From NCBI GenBank assembly GCA_023703615.1, contig CP097971.1:1059476-1123475 (forward strand): 64,000 nt of DNA. Direction: 5' to 3'. The translations under genes were made by a program, and so were the position numbers. Under the pieces are notes generated by a model. That model searched no databases and was not told where the DNA came from. It saw only the letters and a program-made list of their open reading frames with translations. This DNA comes from SAR86 cluster bacterium (lineage in GTDB: Bacteria; Pseudomonadota; Gammaproteobacteria; Magnimaribacterales; D2472). Shown here piece by piece: positions 8,974 through 18,246 of this stretch. Numbering within the stretch: the first letter of the stretch is position 1; each line of letters begins with the position of its first letter.

Positions 8974-10071
8974 ATGATGGAAAAATTTAAAATTGATTGT
9001 TTAATTATTGGTGGAGGTGTTGCAGGTCTAGCAATAGGAAAAAGTATAGGTAAACATTTTAAAAATATCTTTTTAGTTGAAAAAAATAATTACATTGGGC
9101 AAGAAACTTCTAGTAGGAATTCTGAAGTTATACATGCTGGAATTTATTACAAAAAAGATTCACTTAAATCAGAGTTTTGTATTGATGGGAAAATTCTACT
9201 TTATGAATATCTTAAAAAAAATCGAATTCCTTATAATAATTGTGGCAAATATATACTTGCAAATACTGATGAAGAAATTATTAAATTACAAAAGATTAAG
9301 GAAAATGCATTTGAATGTGGAGTAGATGATCTAAAATATGACGACTTAAGCATTAAAAAATATGGTTTTTTGAATTATAAAGATGCTTTGTTTTCACCAT
9401 CATCTGGAATATTTGATAGCCATACTTATATGAATTCACTTAGAAATGAATTTGAACAATATGGCGGCTCTATTCTTTTTGGTAATAAGCTTCTGCAAAT
9501 TACAAAAAAAGCTATTGGTTTTGACATTTTAATTTTTGATAAAAATTCTAATCAAGAGTTTGTAATAGAGACAAAGTATTTAATCAATGCAGCCGGAATT
9601 GATTCTGTTAGGATTGCAAATTTAATATTTGGATATGAAAAATATAAAAATAAATTTATTAAAGGTGAATATTATAACTACTCGGGAAAGGAAAAATTAA
9701 AGCATTTAATTTATCCTGTGCCGTCAAAATATAGCGTTGGGCTGCATGCAACAATAGATTTAGGTCAAGGTATAAGATTTGGTCCATCATCATATGAAGT
9801 TCAAGAAATTGAATATAAGCATTCTGACAAACAAAAAAACAAATTTTATGAAGTTGTAAAAGGCTATTGGCCGAATATTTTAAAAGATGAATTAACTCCA
9901 AGCTATACTGGAATTAGGCCGATGTTGGATGATACAGATGATTTTGTAATCGATATAGAAAAAAATGAAAACTCATTATCTATAAATATACTAGGGTATG
10001 CATCTCCAGGACTAACCTCTTCTCTTGCACTTTCAAAAAATATTGAGAAAAGGATTCTTGAAAATATCTAG
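8974..10071 (+). CDS. FAD-dependent oxidoreductase (L-2-hydroxyglutarate oxidase LhgO-like, COG0579 type)
   Basis: Rossmann dinucleotide motif DCLIIGGGVAGLAIG directly after the internal Met pair (ORF opens at TTG 8929). SSRNSEVIHAGIYY. C-terminal GIRP...ASPGLTSSLA, typical of this family. Confidence 0.7.
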   Translation: MMEKFKIDCLIIGGGVAGLAIGKSIGKHFKNIFLVEKNNYIGQETSSRNSEVIHAGIYYKKDSLKSEFCIDGKILLYEYLKKNRIPYNNCGKYILANTDEEIIKLQKIKENAFECGVDDLKYDDLSIKKYGFLNYKDALFSPSSGIFDSHTYMNSLRNEFEQYGGSILFGNKLLQITKKAIGFDILIFDKNSNQEFVIETKYLINAAGIDSVRIANLIFGYEKYKNKFIKGEYYNYSGKEKLKHLIYPVPSKYSVGLHATIDLGQGIRFGPSSYEVQEIEYKHSDKQKNKFYEVVKGYWPNILKDELTPSYTGIRPMLDDTDDFVIDIEKNENSLSINILGYASPGLTSSLALSKNIEKRILENI

Positions 10072-10073
10072 AG

Positions 10074-10853
10074 CTAATTAAGCTTAATGTTATAAAAATT
10101 TTCTACAGTTGAGTTTGCAATTTCCTGTAAAAAAATTTTATCTACATGACGAATTTTACCAAAATAATCATAATTAATTTTTTTTGGAGACTGGTGGGTA
10201 ATACTTGAATAGACAACAAGTGCCGATAAATAAGTTCCTAGCAAATCTGGATGACTGCCATCAAAAGGTTTGTGCAATTGAATATCAGATCGTTGATTGT
10301 AAGCTTCTTCGAATGCAAGGCCTACAGGAATTACTAGCGCATTATTCTCAATACCTGCCTGAATATACATTTCTTGAATATCATTGATCATTTCTGGATA
10401 AGCATAATCATGAGGCTCAACTAAAGCATGAATCATATATAGTGCAGATTCGGCACCACTTTTTTTAATTTCGTTTGTAATTTCTTTAATTTCTTTACTA
10501 AAATTTTTTCTTCTATTTTCGTTAAAAGTTTCTCCACTTCCCCCATGAACTATTACAAGTTCGAAAGGGTCTTGCATTCTTAAACTCTTATAATCTAAAG
10601 AATGCTTTATATTATGATCTGAAAGCGCAGCACCACTTATAGTGATAGATTTATAGCTTCTTCTATCAATATTTTTAGAATAGTATTCCTCTAACATTCT
10701 TCTTACATGATTGTGTAGACTGTCGTTATAGTAAAAATAACTATTACCAATGTATAGAACCCTTTCAGGTTTTTTATTTTCTAAACCTTGAACTCTAATT
10801 TCTTGTGAACTAAGAAAGGTTGAAAACATAACCAACAAAATTAAAAATTTCAT
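10074..10853 (-). CDS. Exported SGNH/GDSL-type hydrolase-like protein
   Basis: Signal peptide MKFLILLVMFSTFLSSQE. Block I LYIGNSY (Ser nucleophile), block V DGSHPD (DxxH). 4 nt downstream of the lyase gene. Confidence 0.5.
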   Translation of the reverse strand: MKFLILLVMFSTFLSSQEIRVQGLENKKPERVLYIGNSYFYYNDSLHNHVRRMLEEYYSKNIDRRSYKSITISGAALSDHNIKHSLDYKSLRMQDPFELVIVHGGSGETFNENRRKNFSKEIKEITNEIKKSGAESALYMIHALVEPHDYAYPEMINDIQEMYIQAGIENNALVIPVGLAFEEAYNQRSDIQLHKPFDGSHPDLLGTYLSALVVYSSITHQSPKKINYDYFGKIRHVDKIFLQEIANSTVENFYNIKLN

Positions 10854-10857
10854 GAGT

Positions 10858-12243
10858 TTAATATTTACTTAGTTTGCGTTTTTCTTCTATTTCTTTGATT
10901 ATTAATTGTGTTTGCTTTTTAGCTAAACCAATATATGTTTCAGGATCCAAGAGATCAGATAAAATATCATCAGAAAAATATTTAGAAATATCTTTATTTT
11001 TTTGTATTGCTTCTTTTAATGTAATACCACTTCGTAAGGCTTCCATTGATACTTCATGCATAATGTTGTCAGCTGTATCTTTTCCTATTTTCTCTGCTAA
11101 ATAAAAAGTAACTCTTTGTGAAAGAATAAGGCCTTTCGTTAAGTCTAAATTTTTTCTCATTACTTCTTTATTTACTTCAAGCTCACTAAATAATCTTTTT
11201 GCTGTTTTGAGCATATCTGATGAAATTATAGAGATATCTTTAATAGACTCATCACTTCTAGGTTGATCTCTTTCAAAACTATTAATCATGTCATCGAGAA
11301 TTATTTCTGCTTGTCTAGGAATTATTCTTGAATAATTTACTAAATTTCCAGGTCCTCTAGGATTTTTCTTATGAGGCATAGTGCTGCTTCCAATAGCTTT
11401 AAATCCAAGATTTTCAAGCGTTTCACCAATTTCAGTCATTTGCAGTAATGTTAATTCATCTCCAATTCTTCCAAAAGATTTTGATATTAGTGCCAAAGTA
11501 AGTCCATATTCTGCAAATACGTCTCTTATACCATGCCAGTCTGCAAGATAAGGTGTTGATAAATTTAATTCTTGCATCATTAGTTTTTCTGTTTCAATTG
11601 CCTTTTCCCCTAGACCAAGATAAGTACCAACAGCACCTTTTAAGATTCCTGATTTATCTATTTTAGATTTCACAGTTATCAATCTTTCAATATTTCTTCT
11701 ATTTTCTGCTAACCAAGTACTAGTTTTTTTACCAAAAGTAATCGGAAGTGCATGTTGGCCAATTGTTCTACCAGCCATGTATGTATCAATATTATCTTTA
11801 GTTAAATTCAATAAATATTCTTCAATATCGTATAAACTTGATATCAAAATTTCTAACGATTCCTTTATTTGTATTACAAGTACTGTATCAAATATATCAA
11901 CTGTGGTTGCACCAAAATGTAAGTATTCTTCAGCTCCATTATCTAACGATCGTTTCCATACGTTAAGTCTTGACACAAGCCTATGTCTAATGAGTTCATT
12001 TTCAATGATAATTTCTTCTATAGGCATATAATTAATGTTGGCTTTTTTAGTAATCTCTTCTGCAGCCCAATTTGGAATTATTCCTTGTGATGCTTGTGCT
12101 CTTGCTAAAGCAGCTTCAATATTCATTACGATCTGATTAGTATTTTCATCACTAAAAATATATGAAACTGTTTTTGTTAGATCAGATTGAATTTTAAAAG
12201 ATATACAAAGTATAAAAATGAAGATGTATTTATAATATTTCAT
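10858..12243 (-). CDS. Fumarate-lyase superfamily enzyme (adenylosuccinate lyase / 3-carboxymuconate cycloisomerase-like) with N-terminal signal-like segment
   Basis: Superfamily signature GSSTMPHKKNP. N-terminal conserved block IFSDENTNQIVMNIEAALARAQASQGIIP. HFGATTVD. Preceded by hydrophobic MKYYKYIFIFILCISFKIQS. Confidence 0.75.
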   Translation of the reverse strand: MKYYKYIFIFILCISFKIQSDLTKTVSYIFSDENTNQIVMNIEAALARAQASQGIIPNWAAEEITKKANINYMPIEEIIIENELIRHRLVSRLNVWKRSLDNGAEEYLHFGATTVDIFDTVLVIQIKESLEILISSLYDIEEYLLNLTKDNIDTYMAGRTIGQHALPITFGKKTSTWLAENRRNIERLITVKSKIDKSGILKGAVGTYLGLGEKAIETEKLMMQELNLSTPYLADWHGIRDVFAEYGLTLALISKSFGRIGDELTLLQMTEIGETLENLGFKAIGSSTMPHKKNPRGPGNLVNYSRIIPRQAEIILDDMINSFERDQPRSDESIKDISIISSDMLKTAKRLFSELEVNKEVMRKNLDLTKGLILSQRVTFYLAEKIGKDTADNIMHEVSMEALRSGITLKEAIQKNKDISKYFSDDILSDLLDPETYIGLAKKQTQLIIKEIEEKRKLSKY

Positions 12244-12246
12244 CTT

Positions 12247-13689
12247 TTATCCTTGAAAAATCATAGGGGCTATTAGATATGAAAAAGCCGTGACAACTAT
12301 TATGCCAAAAATATTTAATATAAAACCAGCCTTTATCATTGTGGCAATTGTAAATTTATTAGATCCGTAAACAATAGCATTTGGAGGAGTTGCTACGGGT
12401 AACATAAAGGCACAACTTGCCGCCAAACATACTGGAATTGTTAATGAAACAGGTAAAACTCCAATTGCAACAGCAATGCCTCCAAAAACTGGTAGAAAAG
12501 TTGTAGTAGTTGTTACGTTTGAAGTTATTTCTGTTAGAAAAATAATCATTGTTGCTACTGCAAAAATTAATATTAAATTAGGAACGCCTTGAAGTGCTAA
12601 AAGACTATTGCCGATCCATAATCCTAAACCAGTTGAGCTAATTTGGGCAGCAAGAGATAACCCTCCACCAAATAATAGCAATAAACCCCATGGAAGTTCT
12701 TTTGATTTCTCCCATTTTAAAATATCCCTATTCGCAGTACTTGATGGGATTATAAAAAATAAAATTGCAGCTATTATTGCAATTCCTGCATCTGTTAAAC
12801 CACTTAAAAAATCTAATTCGATTAGATAGCTTCTAGTCATCCATGCTAAAACTGCAAAGCTAAAGACAAAAAGTACCTTTTTTTCATCTTTTGACATTGG
12901 GCCAAGATCAAAAAGCATTGTTTTTAAATGCTCTTTTGTTTCTTTTGAGGTTATAAAATTAACTGGGAATACGAATTTTGTTAGCACTATCCAAGCAATT
13001 ACTAGCATGATTGCCGATAAAGGCACTCCCATCATCATCCAATCTACCATGCTAATTTCAATATTATATGTTTCTTCCATAAAAGCTCTAAATACAATAT
13101 TTGGTGCTGTACCAATTAAAGTCGACATGCCACCAAGAGTGGCAGCATACGCAATACCTAGCAACAATGCCGTATCAAAATATTTCTTTTTTAAATCTGT
13201 GAGGCCAGGTATTGTTTCGCTTACTACACCACAAACTGCTAAACCAATAGGTAATAACATTAATGTTGTTGATGTATTCATTACGAACATGCTTATTAGT
13301 GCAGCAACAAGCATAAAACCACCTATTAGCGATGGTGCATTTTTCCCAACATATAAAATCATAGAAAGAGCCATTCTTTTGTGTAAACCTGATGCTTCTA
13401 TAGCAAGAGCGATAATAAAGCCGCCTAAAAATAAATATATGTTTGGATTCGAATATGGAACTGCAGCTGTTTTAAAATCAACAATACCAAGTAAAGGAAA
13501 AAGTGCCAACGGAAGCAAAGCAGTTACAGGGACTGGTATTGATTCAGTTGCCCACCAAGTAGCCATTAACACTGCAACTGCTGCGACTTTCCATGCGTTA
13601 GCACTTAACTCAGCAGGAGATGGTAATAGCAAAATTATAAAAAATAATGCCAAACCAATCCAAAATCCCCTTTTTTTGTATGCTGACAT
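12247..13689 (-). CDS. DASS/SLC13 family sodium-coupled anion (di/tricarboxylate or sulfate) symporter
   Basis: ~480 aa polytopic protein. Motifs ATWWATESIPVPVTALLP and the repeated hairpin motif PVATPPNAIVY are typical of the divalent anion:Na+ symporter family. Confidence 0.8.
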   Translation of the reverse strand: MSAYKKRGFWIGLALFFIILLLPSPAELSANAWKVAAVAVLMATWWATESIPVPVTALLPLALFPLLGIVDFKTAAVPYSNPNIYLFLGGFIIALAIEASGLHKRMALSMILYVGKNAPSLIGGFMLVAALISMFVMNTSTTLMLLPIGLAVCGVVSETIPGLTDLKKKYFDTALLLGIAYAATLGGMSTLIGTAPNIVFRAFMEETYNIEISMVDWMMMGVPLSAIMLVIAWIVLTKFVFPVNFITSKETKEHLKTMLFDLGPMSKDEKKVLFVFSFAVLAWMTRSYLIELDFLSGLTDAGIAIIAAILFFIIPSSTANRDILKWEKSKELPWGLLLLFGGGLSLAAQISSTGLGLWIGNSLLALQGVPNLILIFAVATMIIFLTEITSNVTTTTTFLPVFGGIAVAIGVLPVSLTIPVCLAASCAFMLPVATPPNAIVYGSNKFTIATMIKAGFILNIFGIIVVTAFSYLIAPMIFQG

Positions 13690-13706
13690 ATATTTCTTTT
13701 AAAAAT

Positions 13707-13782
13707 TGGTGGAGCTACGCGGGATCGAACCGCGGACCCCCTGCTTGCAAAGCAGGTGCTCTCCCAGCTGAGCTATAGCCCC
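13707..13782 (-). tRNA. tRNA-Ala (anticodon UGC)
   Basis: Reverse complement reads GGGGCTATAGCTCAGCTGGGAGAGCACCTGCTTTGCAAGCAGGGGGTCCGCGGTTCGATCCCGCGTAGCTCCACCA. Cloverleaf folds, anticodon loop CTTGCAA, G3:U70 alanine identity pair, encoded CCA. Confidence 0.95.
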
Positions 13783-13840
13783 ATTAATTAGGTGAATCAT
13801 TGTACTTGAAAAAAAAATATATTTATAGAATTCTTTCAAG

Positions 13841-13867
13841 AAAAAAGGGATGCTTTCGCATCCCTTT
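13841..13867 (-). terminator. Rho-independent terminator of the TonB-dependent receptor gene
   Basis: On the minus strand GGGATGC-GAAA-GCATCCC (7-bp GC-rich stem) followed by TTTTTT, ~40 nt after the receptor stop codon. Confidence 0.65.
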
Positions 13868-13904
13868 CTCTAGGGGGATTTAACACCCCACTCCTAAATA
13901 ATAT

Positions 13905-16121
13905 TTAGAAATCGTATGAAAAACCAACTTTAATAGTTGCAGGTTTTTGCGATCTAGCTCCTTCTGAAGGTGCTCTTGAAATTAAATCTTCATTATCAGT
14001 AACATTTTCAAGTATTAAATAAACACTAATGGAATCACTTAGTACCTGTCTAAGACTTAAATCAATATAACTATGAGCATCGATTTTATTATAAATTCCG
14101 CAAGCTGCAATCGAGCAAGACCCACCTACATTGACGATTCTTGCATTACCACTTAGTCCATTATCATTAATAAAACCTAACACTATAGAGCTTTGTGAGT
14201 CAGGAATGTATGGCAAATCGTCTCCTGCTGCAACTGTTCCAAAATAATCACTATCTGAACTATTACTAAACGTCGCATCTGTACTTGTGTAATTAACTGA
14301 AATTGGATACATGACGCCATTTTCACCTTGCAACATCCATGATCCACTAAATTCAAGACCAGATACTTCAGCTTCGCCACCACTAAATATTGCAGATTCG
14401 TCTGCATCACATGCAGCACCGCTAACTTGAGTACATTCAGCAGCTAGTCTTGAGTAATCACTTGCAAAGTAGAAAGCTTCAATATTTGTTGTGCTCTCTG
14501 AATACCTTACTCCAAGCTCCATATTATCAGCTTCTTCAGGATCGGAACCAAACATAGGTGTCATTCCTTCATGGAATCCAGCAACTAAACTTGTGGTGTC
14601 ATTTAATTTATATGTAGCTCCAATACTTGATGTAGTATGGTCATTGTAGGCCATTGTATCTCTATTATCAGCTTCACCAGTTCTTACCATTGTTAAATTT
14701 GGTCCTGCAGCATCTGACCATCTTCTGTGACGTTGTTCATAATCTTCTGACCTATATCCAACTGTTACAGCAAGCTTGCCAAAATCCATAGTATCTTCTA
14801 AATAATATGAAGTTGCACTTGACTCTCTTAATCTGTTATTACTATTATTTAAACCGACATAACCATATAAGGCTGATAAAGAACCGTCTGCAGCTTGATC
14901 TGCATATTCATGAGCCTGAACTCTGCTCTCTGAATCTTCCATATCTCTATAACCTACAGTAAGAGAATGTATACCGATTTCTGTTGAAACAGTAAATTGA
15001 TATCCCTCATTCGTGTAGTATCTGTTGTTGTGTTTATATTCTATTTCTACAGCTAATTGTCCATCTAGAATAGCTTGAGCATTTGCACTTCCATTATTTG
15101 CATCACTTATAAGCTCATTAATATCGTCTCTTTCTCCATGTTCTGAGTCGTTATTAAAATCACTTACTTTGAACCAATCTCTGTGATAATCGTTTTGCCA
15201 TGAAGTAAATACAACATCAAAATTATCAAAATCACCAACATAAGTAAGAGAAGTTTGCTCGCCATCATTCATCATTTCATCGTATGCTGTAGCACCATAC
15301 CTCATTCTTGGATTTTTATTAAAACTTGCTTGAGATAAACCTACATATGATTGATCTGAGTTCTCTTCTAAATCAACCATTTTGAATCTTAAAGAATGAT
15401 TACCAGTGTTATATTGAGCTTTAATCATTAAGTCTGATTTATCAAAACCTGTATCACCCCCAACATTAGCAATTGAATCGAAACCATCGCTTGAATGTTC
15501 GTGGACTTCTACAAGAGCCCCAAAATTTGCACTATTGATTCCATAAAAAGCATGGGTTCTTGCCATGCCATTTTCTCCAAGTTCTTGTATGAATTTACCA
15601 GAATTAACTTCAGGAATTGGAGTACTTATCAAATTTATAGCACCACCAATAGTCTGAGGTCCTTGAGATACAGCCGCTGGACCTTTTAAAAACTCAACTG
15701 AATGTATTCTGCCAGTTGTTGGAAAATAATAAGCAGATGAAGATGTATACGGTGATGGAGCAACTAAAACGCCGTCTTCCATGATCGTGACTTTTCCTGA
15801 TCTTTCAATTGCGGTACCTCTTATAGAGATATTTGGTCTTAAACCATACCCTTCTTCTGTTCTCATATAAACACCTGGAACAGCTGTAAGAATTTTTTGA
15901 ATATCGGTATCCATTGCAATTTCTAGGTCTTCATTTGAAATAATTGCACCAGATCCTGCTAGGTTTTTTAAATCCTCTTTTGAACCAATAATTGATACAG
16001 ATTCTATTTCTTCAACTTCATCATCAGCATTAATTGTTGTTACAACTGATAAAAGAAGAAATAAAAACAACATAAACAATGTTGATTTGTTCTCAATCAT
16101 TTCTCTTAATATATTTTTCAT
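13905..16121 (-). CDS. TonB-dependent outer-membrane receptor, probably iron-regulated
   Basis: Signal peptide, plug domain (DTDIQKILTAVPGVYM...GLRPNISIRGT, VTIMEDGVLVAP), long beta-barrel, terminal aromatic (..FSYDF). Fur box upstream. Alternative start at the Met 7 codons in. Confidence 0.9.
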   Translation of the reverse strand: MKNILREMIENKSTLFMLFLFLLLSVVTTINADDEVEEIESVSIIGSKEDLKNLAGSGAIISNEDLEIAMDTDIQKILTAVPGVYMRTEEGYGLRPNISIRGTAIERSGKVTIMEDGVLVAPSPYTSSSAYYFPTTGRIHSVEFLKGPAAVSQGPQTIGGAINLISTPIPEVNSGKFIQELGENGMARTHAFYGINSANFGALVEVHEHSSDGFDSIANVGGDTGFDKSDLMIKAQYNTGNHSLRFKMVDLEENSDQSYVGLSQASFNKNPRMRYGATAYDEMMNDGEQTSLTYVGDFDNFDVVFTSWQNDYHRDWFKVSDFNNDSEHGERDDINELISDANNGSANAQAILDGQLAVEIEYKHNNRYYTNEGYQFTVSTEIGIHSLTVGYRDMEDSESRVQAHEYADQAADGSLSALYGYVGLNNSNNRLRESSATSYYLEDTMDFGKLAVTVGYRSEDYEQRHRRWSDAAGPNLTMVRTGEADNRDTMAYNDHTTSSIGATYKLNDTTSLVAGFHEGMTPMFGSDPEEADNMELGVRYSESTTNIEAFYFASDYSRLAAECTQVSGAACDADESAIFSGGEAEVSGLEFSGSWMLQGENGVMYPISVNYTSTDATFSNSSDSDYFGTVAAGDDLPYIPDSQSSIVLGFINDNGLSGNARIVNVGGSCSIAACGIYNKIDAHSYIDLSLRQVLSDSISVYLILENVTDNEDLISRAPSEGARSQKPATIKVGFSYDF

Positions 16122-16245
16122 GTTATCTCTTTATATTGAAACAATCTCAAAGAGCGTTTATAAAACCACTTATGTTTGTTATTTGGAGGTCAACAAACAA
16201 ATTGCACACTTTAAAGAGATAGAATATGTAACTCTTCAAGATCGT

Positions 16246-16270
16246 AATGAGAATGATAATGATTCTCATT
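16246..16270. promoter_or_regulatory. Fur box (ferric uptake regulator operator)
   Basis: aatgaGAATGATAATGATTCtcatt. Core 16249-16267 matches 16 of 19 positions of GATAATGATAATCATTATC. Perfect 9-bp inverted arms aatgagaat/attctcatt. ~125 nt upstream of the receptor ATG. Confidence 0.65.
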
Positions 16271-16281
16271 TTGATTTACAA
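16253..16281 (-). promoter_or_regulatory. Predicted sigma-70 promoter of the TonB-dependent receptor, overlapping the Fur box
   Basis: Minus strand TTGTAA - 17 nt - TATCAT. The -10 lies inside the Fur box, which is the classical repression geometry. Confidence 0.45.
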
Positions 16282-16488
16282 GCTTTTTTTTATATTTTTA
16301 ATATATAATTTATTGATGTTTTTTCGCAGTGTTATTTCTTCGGTATTGGTTCTTGCTTCATTACAATTTTTTGGTGAGGAGTATATTATTGGTAAGGCGC
16401 ATATAGAACCTGGAATTGATGTTGTCTTTTAAGCTGCACCAAAAGATATTATTTACCCAATAGGAAAGTTTTTAGAAGAAGATAAAAT

Positions 16489-16941
16489 CTATTTATTACC
16501 TTTAATCAAAAAATAAATAACTATTACAGATAAAAATATTTGTTCACTGTTAAATAATTTTATTGGTGGCCATTCAAACCAGTCCGGGTGTCCAATTAAA
16601 AAAACACCAATCATTAATAAAAAAAGTGAGAAAGCGGAAGCTCTCGTTATCAAGTGCCCAAGCTGAGAAGCTATAAATCCTATTAAACCACCTAAAATGA
16701 TTCCAATACCTCCTATCACTTCTGTAAAAATCACTAAATTAACGAGCAATTCAGGAGCTGGTATAAACATACTCTCAAACCACGTCACCATCCTATGCTG
16801 CTCATCTATCATAAATGGTGCTGGAAGTTTTTTATATCCATGAATAAACATAGATATACCAAGTGTTAATCTAAGTAGCCATGGACCTACTTCAATAAAA
16901 GGTTTTGTAATTGAGTCTAATCTTGAATTAAGTTTTTTCAT
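16489..16941 (-). CDS. DoxX family membrane protein
   Basis: ~150 aa, four TM helices. N-terminal LLRLTLGISMFIHGYKK resembles the DoxX motif. Starts immediately after the hflX stop. Confidence 0.5.
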   Translation of the reverse strand: MKKLNSRLDSITKPFIEVGPWLLRLTLGISMFIHGYKKLPAPFMIDEQHRMVTWFESMFIPAPELLVNLVIFTEVIGGIGIILGGLIGFIASQLGHLITRASAFSLFLLMIGVFLIGHPDWFEWPPIKLFNSEQIFLSVIVIYFLIKGNK

Positions 16942-18246
16942 TTAAGTGCCTAACTTTTCTAAAATTATATCGTTCTCTTGACATAGATTAAACCCATTTA
17001 TTTTTAAGAAATTATTAAGGTCGTCTTTTCCAATTTGGAGATAAACATAAATATTTCCACATGATGAAATTTTTTCATCTTTAATACATCCCATTCCAAA
17101 TAGTTTTGATCTTATTTTCCCCATTGATGACTCCAAAGAGATCCAACCACTATATATTCCGTTATATAATTTTTTATTTATATTCTCTCTTAATTTATCA
17201 ATACCAATATTCTTCTCTGCTGATATTAATATTTCTTTTTTTGGATTAAATAGTCTAGATGAGTGCGTTTTAAGAAGATCGCATTTATTTTTAACAATTA
17301 TTGTTGGAATATTTTCTAAACCTAGATCCTTTAAAATTTTATCAACTTCTAACAATTTCTGGTGATAGTCATTATCAGAAGCGTCGACAATGTGAAGTAA
17401 TAAATCTGCCGATTTTAACTCATCAAGTGTAGCTTTAAATGATTCTATTAACTGAGTTGGTAAATCTGAAATAAATCCAACTGTATCTGAAAATAGTATT
17501 GGGCCAATTACTGGATCAATATTTCGCCTGGTTACTGAATCTAATGTCGCAAATAACTTATTTTCAGCAAACTGCTTACTATTTGTAAGTTTATTAAATA
17601 AAGTGGTCTTTCCGGCATTTGTATATCCAACTAGCGCTACTGACTTATTCATACTTTTTTTTCTGGCATATGAATTTAATTTTTTTTGATTATGAGCTTT
17701 ATCTAATCTTTTTTTAAGATTTTTAATTCTGTTACCTATTAGTCTTCTATCTGTCTCTAATTGAGTTTCTCCTGGCCCCCTTAATCCAATGCCTCCTTTT
17801 TGTCTTTCTAGGTGAGTCCAGCCTCTAATAAGTCTTGTTGATAGATGATTTAACTGAGCTAATTCAACTTGTAATTTACCCACATGAGACGAAGCCCTTT
17901 GAGCAAAAATATCCATAATTAATTCTGTTTTATCGATTACTCTTATTTTTAATGTTAATTCAAGATTTCTTGCTTGAGATGCAGATAATTCTTGATTAAC
18001 AATAGCTAATTCTGCCTGCGATTCAATTACTTTATTTTTTATCTTTTCTAATGTTCCTTTGTTTATAAAATTTTTAGTCTCTGGTACCTTTTGTTTGTTA
18101 AAATTTTGTTCGACTACATCAACGTCTGTAGAATTAATCAATTCAAAAAATTCTTTTTGTTGTTCATCGAGCTCAATATTTCTTTTTAAGGAATCTACTT
18201 CTACGTAGATTAAGAGTGTTTTTGTTTTGATTAGTTTATCTATCAT
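16942..18246 (-). CDS. hflX: GTPase HflX
   Basis: HflX N-terminal domain (RASSHVGKLQVELAQL, GGIGLRGPGETQLETDRR). G1 GYTNAGKTTLFN, G3 DTVGF, G4 NKCD. Confidence 0.9.
   Translation of the reverse strand: MIDKLIKTKTLLIYVEVDSLKRNIELDEQQKEFFELINSTDVDVVEQNFNKQKVPETKNFINKGTLEKIKNKVIESQAELAIVNQELSASQARNLELTLKIRVIDKTELIMDIFAQRASSHVGKLQVELAQLNHLSTRLIRGWTHLERQKGGIGLRGPGETQLETDRRLIGNRIKNLKKRLDKAHNQKKLNSYARKKSMNKSVALVGYTNAGKTTLFNKLTNSKQFAENKLFATLDSVTRRNIDPVIGPILFSDTVGFISDLPTQLIESFKATLDELKSADLLLHIVDASDNDYHQKLLEVDKILKDLGLENIPTIIVKNKCDLLKTHSSRLFNPKKEILISAEKNIGIDKLRENINKKLYNGIYSGWISLESSMGKIRSKLFGMGCIKDEKISSCGNIYVYLQIGKDDLNNFLKINGFNLCQENDIILEKLGT

Noticed and set aside
13007-13702. 231-aa plus-strand ORF, strikingly long for AT-rich DNA
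   Set aside because: It lies entirely antisense to the DASS transporter gene, whose family assignment is strong. Its product is low-complexity with no recognisable motif, start context or SD. This is the typical shadow ORF of a hydrophobic-protein gene.
8372-13782. Accessory-looking block (NTF2-like, FAD oxidoreductase, SGNH, lyase, DASS) as a genomic island integrated at the 3' end of tRNA-Ala
   Set aside because: There is no integrase or recombinase. I could not find a direct repeat of the tRNA 3' end at the far border. Base composition looks like the rest of the window.
16087-16432. ORF-track entries 16087-16308 and 16247-16432 as real genes
   Set aside because: The first overlaps the receptor start and the promoter/Fur box and encodes an Ile/Phe-rich nonsense-like peptide. 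Of the second, only the part downstream of the ATG at 16316 looks protein-like, and I report that as a possible gene remnant, not a functional CDS.
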